DNA of 64,000 nucleotides from Patescibacteria group bacterium (lineage in GTDB: Bacteria; Patescibacteriota; Microgenomatia; UBA10105; UBA927), in assembly GCA_038062895.1 (NCBI GenBank), contig JBBTWJ010000014.1, positions 4,036 through 68,035 of the forward strand, read 5' to 3'. Made by a program: the position numbers and the translations under genes. Position 1 is the stretch's first letter, and each line of letters starts with the position of its first letter. The notes below the pieces were generated by a model, which was not told where the DNA came from, made no database searches, and saw only the letters and a program-made list of their open reading frames with translations. Below, one piece after another: positions 16,086-25,510 of this stretch.

Positions 16086-18408
16086 TTGCTGGCAAATTCT
16101 GGCCCCAAAGTGACCCGGTCACCTTCCCGATTTCTACCCCGCCCACACCACTGATGACTTTGAGTTCCTCCGATACTGCCGTCACCGATTTACCAGCTAA
16201 CTTCTGTTTGATGGCGGGGACATCAAACTCCGGAAGTGCCTGTCCTTGATACCCAACGGCCAAACTAATGCTTCCGTCTTTTTGGAGCTTCACGTTTGTG
16301 GCATTCATACGCTCTCCGGATTTGCGCAGCGTATAACCGGTTGGCACATTGGCAGCCACCAAATCAGCGAACAGTGAGGCGATATCTTCGTCTTTGTAAG
16401 AAACACCAGAAATGGCTACGGTGATACTTCCATGCAGATCGCGGATTTCCTGATCCAGTTCGGCGTCAAACTTTTTTTGTGTCACGGTAGTCTTGATCGT
16501 TTCATCAATCAGCCGCTCGCCTCCCACCACGCTGCTTGCCAATTCCGCTTTCGCTTTTATGATGAGTTCTTTCGTAAGACCGGTGATGAGTGTGTCGTAA
16601 TCAGCACGGGATACGACCGTCACGACTTTACTCGTCCCGCCGGAGATGGCCGCATCATTGCGGGCAACCATCACGCTTGAGGAGGTATCCTTCACGCTAA
16701 ACTCCGTATCTCTCGGGAGATTACTTTGCGGCCCGAGCTTGACTGCGGTGACCGCAGCGTTGGCCTTCCCATAGGTTACGGATCCACTTGCCAAACTTTC
16801 ACTTGCCGAAGCGATAGAAATGTCGGTATCGAGTGTAAAAGAGAGATTACCCGCTACCAAGACCGCGCCTTTTTTAAGCTGTTTACCGGATAACGATTTG
16901 TTGTACACCGTCACCGTGCCTCGGGCCGGATCACCCATATCCTTCTGTCCGGTCACGGCAATCGTTTTTTCTCCGCTCACGGTCTTCTCCTGTTTTTGCC
17001 CGGGAACGATTTTACTGGAGGCATCCACGAGGGTCGCCGTGGGACTCACGGTCACCGATGATGTTTCGATGATGATCTTGGGCACTTGCAAAATAGTGAT
17101 ACTTGTCTTTGGCAATACCCAATACGTCAGCCACCCGCCAACACCCACAAGAAGGACAACAATGAACAGGACAAAAAATCCAGTCTTCGGAATTGCGATG
17201 GAACGCTCCCGCGGCGCGTGTACACGGGAAACAAAACGGGATATTGTTTCTCGCAACTCCTCCCCTTTCCCCTTTTTCTCTCCTTCTATAATCTCGACGG
17301 TCTCCTGAATTACTTTTTTCTCGGCTTCCGGCGGATGTTCTAATATATCGACATTCTCCCGGAATCCAAGAACTTCAGGAGCTACCTCGACGAGGTTATC
17401 ATCCGCCTCATTGCTCTCGTTTTCTAACGCACCGGAATCAATGACATCATCCTCTATGACTTCCGGCTCCTGGGTCGCATCCGCTTCCTCCGTATGTTCG
17501 TCTTCGGATTCAACTTCGCCAACCGGTATGGATTCTTCAATTTTTTCTCCCTGTTCTGCCTCTTTTTTTACTGGCGTTCCTGGTCTTGCTGGTGTTGATG
17601 GGCTTACTCGCGTCGCTGGTGTTGCTTGCGTTACCGCTTCCTTCCCTACCTGCGTCGCCAATTCGCTCGCCCCGGCTAAAGAAACCGCTCCGGCAAGAGA
17701 CAAAAGGGGCAGTATTTCAATCTTGGGATAATGAAGAAAATTCGCCCGCGTGGGCCACGGGTGCTTCAGAAGATCACGCTTATACCCCTCGAGGGTCTCC
17801 TGGACGGAGCCATATAAAAGCACTCGGGAGGGCAGCACTTCAAGCTCCTTAAATCCTTTCAGTGCCCGCTCAAGCTCCGCGACGAGATCGTCATTTGCGA
17901 TATGCACTCTCCCCACGATCACCCCTACTTTATAGAGAATAACCGTGGTTTTATCCGGACCGGCCTCCAAAAGTATGGCACTCGTCGGCACTCCTTCTTC
18001 CTGACGCATCGCGTGGATGACCGCCTGATGAATGGGGACAAAGCCTATGGGAGTCAATTCCAGCTCTTCCGTAATAGTTTTGATGTGTCCGCGTACATCG
18101 CTGGCGATATCATCTTCCGAAGTCAGATAATAGACCGGTAATCCGAGCACGACTTTTTCAAAATCATCCCGACCTTCTTTTTCCGCGAGTCTGGCAATCG
18201 CGCGATCACATGCTTCTAACCGCTTTTCCCAAGAGTTTCCGGCTAGCTCTTCGATCACGGCTTCGCTGACATGAGGCTTCTTGCCCGTTGTAAGCGTCCA
18301 TACCGCAGCCTGCACCGAGCCCGCCTCGAGCACTAAAGAAAGGTACGCTTCCTGCCGCTCTGGGGGCTTATGAAGAAATTGATTGAATACATCGGGAAAC
18401 TTCATCAC
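16045..18408 (-). CDS. membrane protein with N-terminal FtsA/PilM-like actin-fold domain, acidic linker, TM helix and large extracytoplasmic domain
   Basis: The N-terminal 250 aa align with FtsA (LVLEAGSVQAAVWTL ... AILLEAGPDKTTVILYKVG). An E/D-rich linker follows, then one TM (FFVLFIVVLLVGVGGW), then 370 aa of extracellular sequence. Confidence 0.45.
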   Translation of the reverse strand: MMKFPDVFNQFLHKPPERQEAYLSLVLEAGSVQAAVWTLTTGKKPHVSEAVIEELAGNSWEKRLEACDRAIARLAEKEGRDDFEKVVLGLPVYYLTSEDDIASDVRGHIKTITEELELTPIGFVPIHQAVIHAMRQEEGVPTSAILLEAGPDKTTVILYKVGVIVGRVHIANDDLVAELERALKGFKELEVLPSRVLLYGSVQETLEGYKRDLLKHPWPTRANFLHYPKIEILPLLSLAGAVSLAGASELATQVGKEAVTQATPATRVSPSTPARPGTPVKKEAEQGEKIEESIPVGEVESEDEHTEEADATQEPEVIEDDVIDSGALENESNEADDNLVEVAPEVLGFRENVDILEHPPEAEKKVIQETVEIIEGEKKGKGEELRETISRFVSRVHAPRERSIAIPKTGFFVLFIVVLLVGVGGWLTYWVLPKTSITILQVPKIIIETSSVTVSPTATLVDASSKIVPGQKQEKTVSGEKTIAVTGQKDMGDPARGTVTVYNKSLSGKQLKKGAVLVAGNLSFTLDTDISIASASESLASGSVTYGKANAAVTAVKLGPQSNLPRDTEFSVKDTSSSVMVARNDAAISGGTSKVVTVVSRADYDTLITGLTKELIIKAKAELASSVVGGERLIDETIKTTVTQKKFDAELDQEIRDLHGSITVAISGVSYKDEDIASLFADLVAANVPTGYTLRKSGERMNATNVKLQKDGSISLAVGYQGQALPEFDVPAIKQKLAGKSVTAVSEELKVISGVGGVEIGKVTGSLWGQNLPANAGNITISVAVLE

Positions 18409-18466
18409 TATCCATTCTAGACTGCCCGTACCACCGTGTAAAGAAAATGGTTACTTTGTCACTTTA

Positions 18467-20374
18467 TCATTTAGTCAATTTGTTATTTTCGTCAACGGTG
18501 GCATAAATCCGTCGTATCCCCGCTCCTGCGGATTCTTCTTTGATAATCTTGAACGTACCCAACTGCCCTGTAGCGGTCACATGCGGCCCACCGCAAAATT
18601 CCGCGGAGAAAAAGTCGTTCTCCGGTCCCACCACATACACACTGACCCGCTCCGGATACTTGTGGCCGAATTCCATCTGAGCGCCGAGCTTCTCCGCCTC
18701 TTCCCGTAGCATTTCCCTGCGTACCACCGGTAAATTCTCCGATATCTTCCCGTTGACTAATGTTTCGACATCCATGAGTGTTTCCGGAGTCAGTTTTTCC
18801 CCGTAGTTAAAGTCCAGCCGCAGCCTTTCGGCGGTGATATTGCTGCCACGCTGTTTAATGTTAGGATCGACGATTTTTTGGAGCGATGATAATAACAAAT
18901 GATGCGCCGTATGCAGTTTGACCGTCTGTTCACTTTTATCCGCAAGCCCACCTTTAAACATACCCTTTGCCGCGGTGCGGGAAAGCTCCCTGTGAGTATT
19001 TTCTACATCTATAAATTCTTTTTCATCTCGAGATGTAAATTCTTGATTTTTTTTAAAAAGTATCTCTTTTGTTAATTCCAATGGAAAACCATCTGTTTGA
19101 TACAAATCGAAGGCAATTAATCCCCCGATACGCGTATAACTTAAATATTTTTCTAACTTCTTTAGTCCTCGATCTAACGAATTTCCAAATTTTTCTCCTT
19201 CTTCATCAATGATATCGCATATCAACGGCCAATTTTCAGTTACTTCTGGATACACCTCCTGAAATTCTTTACAAAGTAGAGATAAAATACTACCGTTTAA
19301 TCCAAAACCAAGAAGATGACAATGATACATAGCCCTTCTTAACAGCTTACGCAATACATAATCAGCTTTTTGTTTTCCTGGCCTAACACCATCAATAATT
19401 ATCATTGCAGACGCCCGCAAGTGATCAGCTATTATTCTCATGCTCCGTGTTGCGTTTTCATTAATTCCATATTTTTTGTGTGTTTCCTTTTCAATTCTGT
19501 CTATTATTCCTAAAAATATATCAATTTTAAACACGTCCGGATCATCATTCGTCACGGCTACCAACCGTTCGAGCCCCCCGCCGAAATCCACATTCTTTTG
19601 CGCAAGTTCTTTGAGTGATCCATCTGCTTGCTTTTGATATTGCATGAAGACGGAGTTGGCTATTTCCATATATCGCCCACAATCGCAGTTGGGGTGACAG
19701 ACCTCATCTTTCCATGGAGATTTCTCATGAAGCCCCCGCTCCGGTCCGAAGTCAAAAAACACCTCGCTATCCGGTCCTCCCGGTTCGCCGGCGGGCATGG
19801 CTTCCGGTTCACCGGAACGCGACCACCAATTCTTGCGAGCATTATACGTAAAGATGCGAGCGCCCGCCGATGAGGCGCGGTCTGCTACTTCAGCCTCTAT
19901 TCCTACTCCCGCGAAAATCTCTTTCCAAATACCTATGGACTCTGTATCTTTGGGTATCAGAGATTTCCCTTCTCTGGCGGAGCCAGATCCGGCTTCGCCG
20001 GAAAACACACTGACAAAAAGCCGTTGTGGATCCAACGCTAATTCTTTCGTCAAAAATTCAAAAATCCAAGACAACTGTTCTTTTTTAAAATAATCCCCAA
20101 ACGACCAATTACCCAACATTTCAAAAAATGTCGTATGCCGGTTATCCCCGACTTCTTCTATATCCTGTGCCCGGAAGGATTTTTGACTGTCGACAATTCT
20201 CGTTCCCGACGGATGGGGTTGGCCTAAGAGATACGGGACTAATGGTTGCATGCCCGAGGACGTAAACAGGGTCGTCGGATCGTTTTCCGGCACGAGGGGA
20301 GCCGAAGGAATTTCCACATGTCCCCGCGCTTTATAAAAATCTATAAACTTCTTCCTTACATCCGCCGATTTCAT
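18467..20374 (-). CDS. alaS: alanine--tRNA ligase (short form lacking C-Ala domain)
   Basis: Class II AlaRS motifs (TSSGMQPLVPYLLG, HTTFFEMLGNWSFGDYFK). Editing-domain HxxxH and CxxxH motifs are present. 635 aa against about 870 for canonical AlaRS. Confidence 0.85.
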   Translation of the reverse strand: MKSADVRKKFIDFYKARGHVEIPSAPLVPENDPTTLFTSSGMQPLVPYLLGQPHPSGTRIVDSQKSFRAQDIEEVGDNRHTTFFEMLGNWSFGDYFKKEQLSWIFEFLTKELALDPQRLFVSVFSGEAGSGSAREGKSLIPKDTESIGIWKEIFAGVGIEAEVADRASSAGARIFTYNARKNWWSRSGEPEAMPAGEPGGPDSEVFFDFGPERGLHEKSPWKDEVCHPNCDCGRYMEIANSVFMQYQKQADGSLKELAQKNVDFGGGLERLVAVTNDDPDVFKIDIFLGIIDRIEKETHKKYGINENATRSMRIIADHLRASAMIIIDGVRPGKQKADYVLRKLLRRAMYHCHLLGFGLNGSILSLLCKEFQEVYPEVTENWPLICDIIDEEGEKFGNSLDRGLKKLEKYLSYTRIGGLIAFDLYQTDGFPLELTKEILFKKNQEFTSRDEKEFIDVENTHRELSRTAAKGMFKGGLADKSEQTVKLHTAHHLLLSSLQKIVDPNIKQRGSNITAERLRLDFNYGEKLTPETLMDVETLVNGKISENLPVVRREMLREEAEKLGAQMEFGHKYPERVSVYVVGPENDFFSAEFCGGPHVTATGQLGTFKIIKEESAGAGIRRIYATVDENNKLTK

Positions 20375-20406
20375 AAATACGATTATAGCATGCTACAATT
20401 GCACAC

Positions 20407-21252
20407 ATGTGGCTCGTTCTCTCTATCATCGCAGCACTCATGTTCACCGCCCAAAATCTCCTTATGCGGGTCTTGGCAGTCAAAAGTGTCCACCCTCGGA
20501 CGTTTTCGTTCGTTTTTAACGGTTGGGGAACGTTCTTCGCAACCATTCTTCTCCTCATCGAGCGCCCGTCGCTTGCCGGTCTCCCCCAATTTTCATGGAT
20601 TCAAGTACTTCTGATTATCGGCGCAACCTTGGGATATGGATTCTATGAACGAACGCATTTTTTAGCAAGAAAAGAATTGGATGCTTCTACCACCGCCATC
20701 TTGTTTCGGTTAACTCCTGTGATCACGTTTGTCGGTGCAATGCTTTTTCTCCATGAATCATTTACCATCACAAAACTCGTGGGGGCCACGATCCTCATCG
20801 GAGCGTCATTGGTCGTTGTACACAAAAACCCCAAACTACAGGCAAGCAGGGCCGTATGGATCGCCGTCTTTGCAGCCGTCATGCTCGGGCTTGCCGGAGT
20901 GTTTGATAAACCTGCATCGCAGGGAATTCCAGCTAATCTCTATAGCGTCGCACTGTGGGGGTTGTCGCTTATTATTGTCGCATTTCCTACAATCTCTCTT
21001 TCCCAACTCAAGACCGAATTTATCATTGGTGGCTGGAAGGTCGCACTGACTGCGCTTCTCAATGTCATCGGGTTTGTTTTCTACGTGCAGGCACTCTCGT
21101 TGGCCGATGCGTCCCTTGTGGCCCCGGTTACGTCATCATCCGGCACACTCACGGTCCTTGCCGGTATTTTCATCCTAAAGGAAAAATCCTTTGTGAAGAG
21201 AAAAATCCTCGCCGGGATTCTCATGGTGATCGGAGTCATAATGCTTCGATGA
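20407..21252 (+). CDS. EamA/DMT family transporter
   Basis: About 10 TM segments and a duplicated EamA-like architecture. Confidence 0.7.
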   Translation: MWLVLSIIAALMFTAQNLLMRVLAVKSVHPRTFSFVFNGWGTFFATILLLIERPSLAGLPQFSWIQVLLIIGATLGYGFYERTHFLARKELDASTTAILFRLTPVITFVGAMLFLHESFTITKLVGATILIGASLVVVHKNPKLQASRAVWIAVFAAVMLGLAGVFDKPASQGIPANLYSVALWGLSLIIVAFPTISLSQLKTEFIIGGWKVALTALLNVIGFVFYVQALSLADASLVAPVTSSSGTLTVLAGIFILKEKSFVKRKILAGILMVIGVIMLR

Positions 21253-21263
21253 CAGAATTCGCA

Positions 21264-22475
21264 TCAGATAACCCCTAGTTCCCGGCCGACTGCGGCAAAC
21301 GCGGACAACCCGAAATCTAAATCTGTTTTACTGTGTGTGGCCGACGGCATCGCGCGGATACGTGCTTTTCCGAGGGCCACCATCGGAAACTTAATCGGAG
21401 TAGCAAATACCCGGCGCGCGAATAACTTCGCGCTAAATTCTTTCGCAAGGTTTTCTTCCCCCAACATGACCGGCGTGATCGGCGTTTCCGTCTGTCCCGT
21501 ATCAAATCCGAATTTGGTGAGTCCTTCACGCAGATACTTGGCATTGCTCCATAGTTTTTTCACGAGGACATTTGACCGCGAGAGTATCTCAACTCCCTTG
21601 ATAACCGCTGCAGTATCGGCAACACTCAAGCCCGTGGAAAATAGATACGGCCGTCCTTTTTGACGGTAATACTCTATCAGATCCCTTTTACCCGTAATCA
21701 CACCGCCCAAGACCCCGAACGCTTTGGACAAGGTTCCAACCTCGATGTCCAGTTGTCCCTCTAGATGAAAATGGTGCGCGATGCCCCTTCCTTCGCCCAA
21801 CACGCCCTCGCCATGGGCATCATCGACCATCGTGATGGCACCATATTGTTTGGCAAGCCCCACAATCCGAGGAAGGGGGGCAATATCCCCGTCCATGGAA
21901 AATACTCCGTCGGATATGATGAGGATGATCGGTGGACGCTCCCCGGGCTTTTGCAGCGTTTTGGTGAGTAGGACGGATTCCTTGAGACGCGCCTCAAGCT
22001 CACCCATATCTTTATGTTTATAGATAAATTTATTTTTCACTTGGGCAAGCTTGATGGCATCGATGATGCTTGCATGATTGAGCTCATCGGAAATGACGAT
22101 ATCGTCTTTGCCCACGATGGTCGCAATGGCCACAATATTAGCGATGAATCCGCCCGGCAGGAGAAATGCCGCTTCGGCGCCTTTCAGTTTGGCGAGAATA
22201 GCTTCCGCCTCCATATGGAGTTTGAGATTCCCGGAAATCGGCCGGACGGCGCCAGGTCCGACACCATATTTCTTCACCGCGGCGACAGCTGCCCTCACCA
22301 ACCGCTTGTCCTGGGCAAACCCGAGATAGTTATTGGAGCACAAATTCAGAAGCTTCTTACCGTCAATCGTAAACCACGGCCCCTGCGCCGACTCGAGCAC
22401 CCGCACGGGCGTATAAAGGCCCTTCTGCTTCATATCCTCAATGGTGTCGTAATATGATTGCAACGGATCAAGCAT
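21264..22475 (-). CDS. kbl: class II PLP-dependent aminotransferase of the KBL/AONS family (glycine C-acetyltransferase or 8-amino-7-oxononanoate synthase)
   Basis: NNYLGF, a pyridoxal-lysine region (TLSKAFG) and overall KBL/BioF-like layout. 403 aa. Confidence 0.8.
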   Translation of the reverse strand: MLDPLQSYYDTIEDMKQKGLYTPVRVLESAQGPWFTIDGKKLLNLCSNNYLGFAQDKRLVRAAVAAVKKYGVGPGAVRPISGNLKLHMEAEAILAKLKGAEAAFLLPGGFIANIVAIATIVGKDDIVISDELNHASIIDAIKLAQVKNKFIYKHKDMGELEARLKESVLLTKTLQKPGERPPIILIISDGVFSMDGDIAPLPRIVGLAKQYGAITMVDDAHGEGVLGEGRGIAHHFHLEGQLDIEVGTLSKAFGVLGGVITGKRDLIEYYRQKGRPYLFSTGLSVADTAAVIKGVEILSRSNVLVKKLWSNAKYLREGLTKFGFDTGQTETPITPVMLGEENLAKEFSAKLFARRVFATPIKFPMVALGKARIRAMPSATHSKTDLDFGLSAFAAVGRELGVI

Positions 22476-22775
22476 AAAATTATCCTTTTACCTCTTTGGT
22501 AGGCTCTACATTAATTGATTCACCACAGCTCAATGATTCTGGAAATAATTCAGATTTAGTATTATCGAATATCACTTCACCAAGTATGCCCGATGCTAGA
22601 TCACCATTTATTGGAGGACCCGATTCAACTAATGCTGCCAATGTATTCAACCAATCTGACATAATTATTCACCAACCTTCCGTTTCAAAACATAAATACA
22701 TTTTCCAACTGTATATATTAGTCTGATACAGTCGACAAAATCACGCGCGCAATCTACTATCTCTCCCTCTACCGT

Positions 22776-22807
22776 GGACAAAATACACCACGTGGTTTAT
22801 TTTGTCC
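22776..22807. promoter_or_regulatory. perfect inverted repeat GGACAAAATA-N12-TATTTTGTCC (central CCACGTGG palindrome) upstream of Cys-rich small ORF
   Basis: Read directly from the sequence. About 70 bp upstream of the ATG at 22879. A TAAAAT -10-like box lies between the repeat and the ATG. Confidence 0.6.
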
Positions 22808-22878
22808 AAGCTTACCAATGACGTGCATATCACTCCGCAAACTCTGTGATAAAATACACTATGAAAGGGGGTGATACT

Positions 22879-22989
22879 ATGTGTCAAACTTGTGGATGTG
22901 AAGCGTGTAAAACATGCGGCAAAAATATCAAAAAGGGCGTGTGTGAAGGTTGTGGAAAAGCGTCCGGCGACTGTACGTGTAATAAATAA
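22879..22989 (+). CDS. 36-aa cysteine-rich peptide MCQTCGCEACKTCGKNIKKGVCEGCGKASGDCTCNK (metallothionein-like)
   Basis: Own translation. Absent from the ORF track because it is under 60 aa. 10 Cys in 36 aa arranged as CxxCxC and CxxC pairs. Strong SD AAAGGGGGTGA 7 nt upstream. Confidence 0.5.
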   Translation: MCQTCGCEACKTCGKNIKKGVCEGCGKASGDCTCNK

Positions 22990-23010
22990 CGATCTGAACC
23001 AACTACTACT

Positions 23011-23460
23011 ATGAAGCGCGGCGTAGATTATATTGGTGTGGGCGTGGGAGCGGCGATCTTCAATCACGAAGGAAAACTTTTTCTGACGCTTCGGGGTAGA
23101 AAAGCAAAAAACGAGACCGGAAAATGGGAAATCCCAGGAGGGAGTGTGGAATTTGGTGAAACGCTTGAAGATGCACTCAAACGCGAAATCACAGAGGAAT
23201 ACGGGATAGAAATAGAGATTGTGGAGCTCCTCGGTGTGTGCAGTCACATCATCCCCGACGAGCATCAGCACTGGGTCTCTCCCACATACATCTGTAAAAT
23301 TATGAAAGGGGAGCCCAAGATTTTAGAACCGGAGAAATGCGCCGCCATCGGATGGTTCACCCGCAAGGAAGCCAAAAAATTACCCCTCTCCATCATCACC
23401 CAGCACGACTTCGTAACCCTTGATCACAAATATCCCAACGGATTTCCAAAAAATTCATGA
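23011..23460 (+). CDS. NUDIX hydrolase
   Basis: Nudix box GGSVEFGETLEDALKREITEEYGI. Confidence 0.8.
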   Translation: MKRGVDYIGVGVGAAIFNHEGKLFLTLRGRKAKNETGKWEIPGGSVEFGETLEDALKREITEEYGIEIEIVELLGVCSHIIPDEHQHWVSPTYICKIMKGEPKILEPEKCAAIGWFTRKEAKKLPLSIITQHDFVTLDHKYPNGFPKNS

Positions 23461-24131
23461 ATCAAAGACTCCAAAGCATCTACGACGGATTTGCATCACA
23501 GAATCGTCAAAAATTTCTCGATAATGATATTGAATTTGATGCCATGTGGGGCAAGCCGATTAAAGGCATCACCCTCCAGATCGATCTTTCTGAAAAAATG
23601 CGCAGCGCCGTAGGTCACCTACAGAAAACACTATCCGAACTCGAACCAAAAGCGCTTCTTCTCACTCCCCGACCCTTTCAACATATCAGTTTCAATCAAG
23701 TGGTCTTCTGGGGCGGACAATACAACCTCGGACACGATCAAGCGTGGGAAGTGATTGAAAAAAATTTTCTCACCGCATTTCAAAAACTCGACAATAAATT
23801 CCCTTCCTTCACTATCTCATTTATCAACCTTATCCCGATGACCTCTGCCATCATCTGGTCCGCCGTTGACCAACACGATGAGATGCAGAGATTACGCACA
23901 CGTCTAAAGGCTAGCCTTCCCTTCCCCAAAGAAACAACCAAAGAAAACACCTTCATCCACACCACCGTTACGCGATACATGTCAAAACTCCGTGACCCGC
24001 AACAGGTATTTAAACTTCTGGAAGAATATCAAGCGCCCATCTCCATGGAGATCAAGGAAATCATACTGCGGAAAGAAAATATATATCCATCGCTTGGCAC
24101 TACAGAACTCGCCCGTATTCGGTTACAATAA
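23457..24131 (+). CDS. 2H phosphoesterase superfamily protein (LigT-like)
   Basis: Two H-x-[ST]-x motifs (FQHISF and FIHTTVTRY) at the spacing expected for 2H phosphoesterases. Confidence 0.5.
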   Translation: MNQRLQSIYDGFASQNRQKFLDNDIEFDAMWGKPIKGITLQIDLSEKMRSAVGHLQKTLSELEPKALLLTPRPFQHISFNQVVFWGGQYNLGHDQAWEVIEKNFLTAFQKLDNKFPSFTISFINLIPMTSAIIWSAVDQHDEMQRLRTRLKASLPFPKETTKENTFIHTTVTRYMSKLRDPQQVFKLLEEYQAPISMEIKEIILRKENIYPSLGTTELARIRLQ

Positions 24132-24135
24132 TTAC

Positions 24136-24480
24136 ATGAAAATCATTCCATCATCACAAACCAATAAAATTCAGATGTCTCCCACTACCGCGGTCTGGGA
24201 ATTCACTATCGAGGATACATCTATAAGCGGTGCTATTGCAGAAATCAAAGATCGATATCCCGAAAAAGGATTTATCATAAATGAAATTTCCAAAGAACTT
24301 GCCTTCGTGATCGCAGGAAACGGATACGTCGTTACTCCGACTCACAAAAATCCGATACAGGTCGGCGACCTCATTTTTTTGGACAATGGCGAATCTTATG
24401 CATGGGAAACGAGCAGCACGCTCACCCTCTTCATGGCCAACACCCCAAAATTTGACCCGGGGCAGCACAAAAATATATGA
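24136..24480 (+). CDS. hypothetical protein
   Basis: ORF 23992..24480. The internal ATG at 24136 begins just after the upstream stop. No motif recognised. Confidence 0.4.
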   Translation: MKIIPSSQTNKIQMSPTTAVWEFTIEDTSISGAIAEIKDRYPEKGFIINEISKELAFVIAGNGYVVTPTHKNPIQVGDLIFLDNGESYAWETSSTLTLFMANTPKFDPGQHKNI

Positions 24481-25466
24481 AATTATGGCTTGATAGGCCT
24501 GATATTAAAGAATCATTAGATGATTTCCTTCACGATGTCGCCAACGTGTTTCAACTAGGAACCATCAAGAAGTTTTCAAGATTTCCCTTTGGTTACCAAG
24601 AGCTAAATATAAAACTAGAAACGTCCCAAGGTATCTACGCCGTCAAAACTTTCTCCAGAGAAAAACCATTATCACGGGTTAAAGAAAACATTCAAGGATA
24701 TCTCGAGTTTCCAAAATTGGGTATTCCTATGCCAAAACTTCTGGTAACGAACAATAATGAGACCATTCTCATTACAGAAGGAAAACATCAAAAAGTCTAT
24801 ACGTGCGTCATGGAATATTTTGAGGGCAAGTCTTTCCTACAACTACCTGTTACGAAACGCGACGTCATACAAATCACCAAATGTATGGCATACATACATC
24901 AATCAAAACTTAAACCGGCACACTATTACGATACGTTAGGAATAGTTAACTTTGAATATATCTATGAGAAACAAGTTGATACACTTTCCGCGCAGGATAA
25001 CAATGAAATAAAACAAACACTGAAGGAGTTTCAGAGAATAAATCTAACGAAGTTTCATCAAAGTGTCATTCATGGCACTCTGGAACGAGAAAATATTCTA
25101 AAAAATTCTCAAGGAGCCTACTGCATCCTCGATTTAGGATGTATGGACTATAATGCTTCTATCGTTGATATTGCGACGTTTCTGGCAAACTTTACTATCG
25201 ATATGGACGGAGAGGAAACTGTTGAAATGATAAAAGAGTCACTTACCGAATATCAAAAATTTCATATGCTTACTGCAGATGAACGACTGGCATTACCGAT
25301 TCTTATCGAAGCACAATACGCCATTCTGGTAATGGGCATGACGCATGCGATGAAAATGGAACATGATGATAGCAAACAAACAAACCGTTGGTTAGAATTT
25401 GGAAAACACGGCCTAAAAAAATTTCAGGGAATCCACTCCCTGCCTTTACAGAAGCCAATGGGATGA
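24477..25466 (+). CDS. phosphotransferase enzyme family (APH/choline-kinase-like) protein
   Basis: HGTLERENIL (HGDxxxxN-like catalytic loop) and ILDLGCMDY (DxG). Confidence 0.6.
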   Translation: MKLWLDRPDIKESLDDFLHDVANVFQLGTIKKFSRFPFGYQELNIKLETSQGIYAVKTFSREKPLSRVKENIQGYLEFPKLGIPMPKLLVTNNNETILITEGKHQKVYTCVMEYFEGKSFLQLPVTKRDVIQITKCMAYIHQSKLKPAHYYDTLGIVNFEYIYEKQVDTLSAQDNNEIKQTLKEFQRINLTKFHQSVIHGTLERENILKNSQGAYCILDLGCMDYNASIVDIATFLANFTIDMDGEETVEMIKESLTEYQKFHMLTADERLALPILIEAQYAILVMGMTHAMKMEHDDSKQTNRWLEFGKHGLKKFQGIHSLPLQKPMG

Positions 25467-25510
25467 CTACAATAGGGTCCATTCATCAATAAAACTGAAG
25501 TAGAAAAATT

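Noticed and set aside
22480-22662. 60-aa ORF immediately upstream of the kbl-like gene (MSDWLNTLAALVESGPPINGDLASG...)
   Set aside because: No RBS and AT-rich. Its 3' end coincides with the AGAGGT ribosome-binding region of kbl. It is more likely untranslated leader than a gene, though a small leader peptide cannot be excluded.
22741-23271. 176-aa ORF antisense to the NUDIX gene and the Cys-peptide region
   Set aside because: Antisense shadow ORF. The sense strand carries a clear Nudix box.
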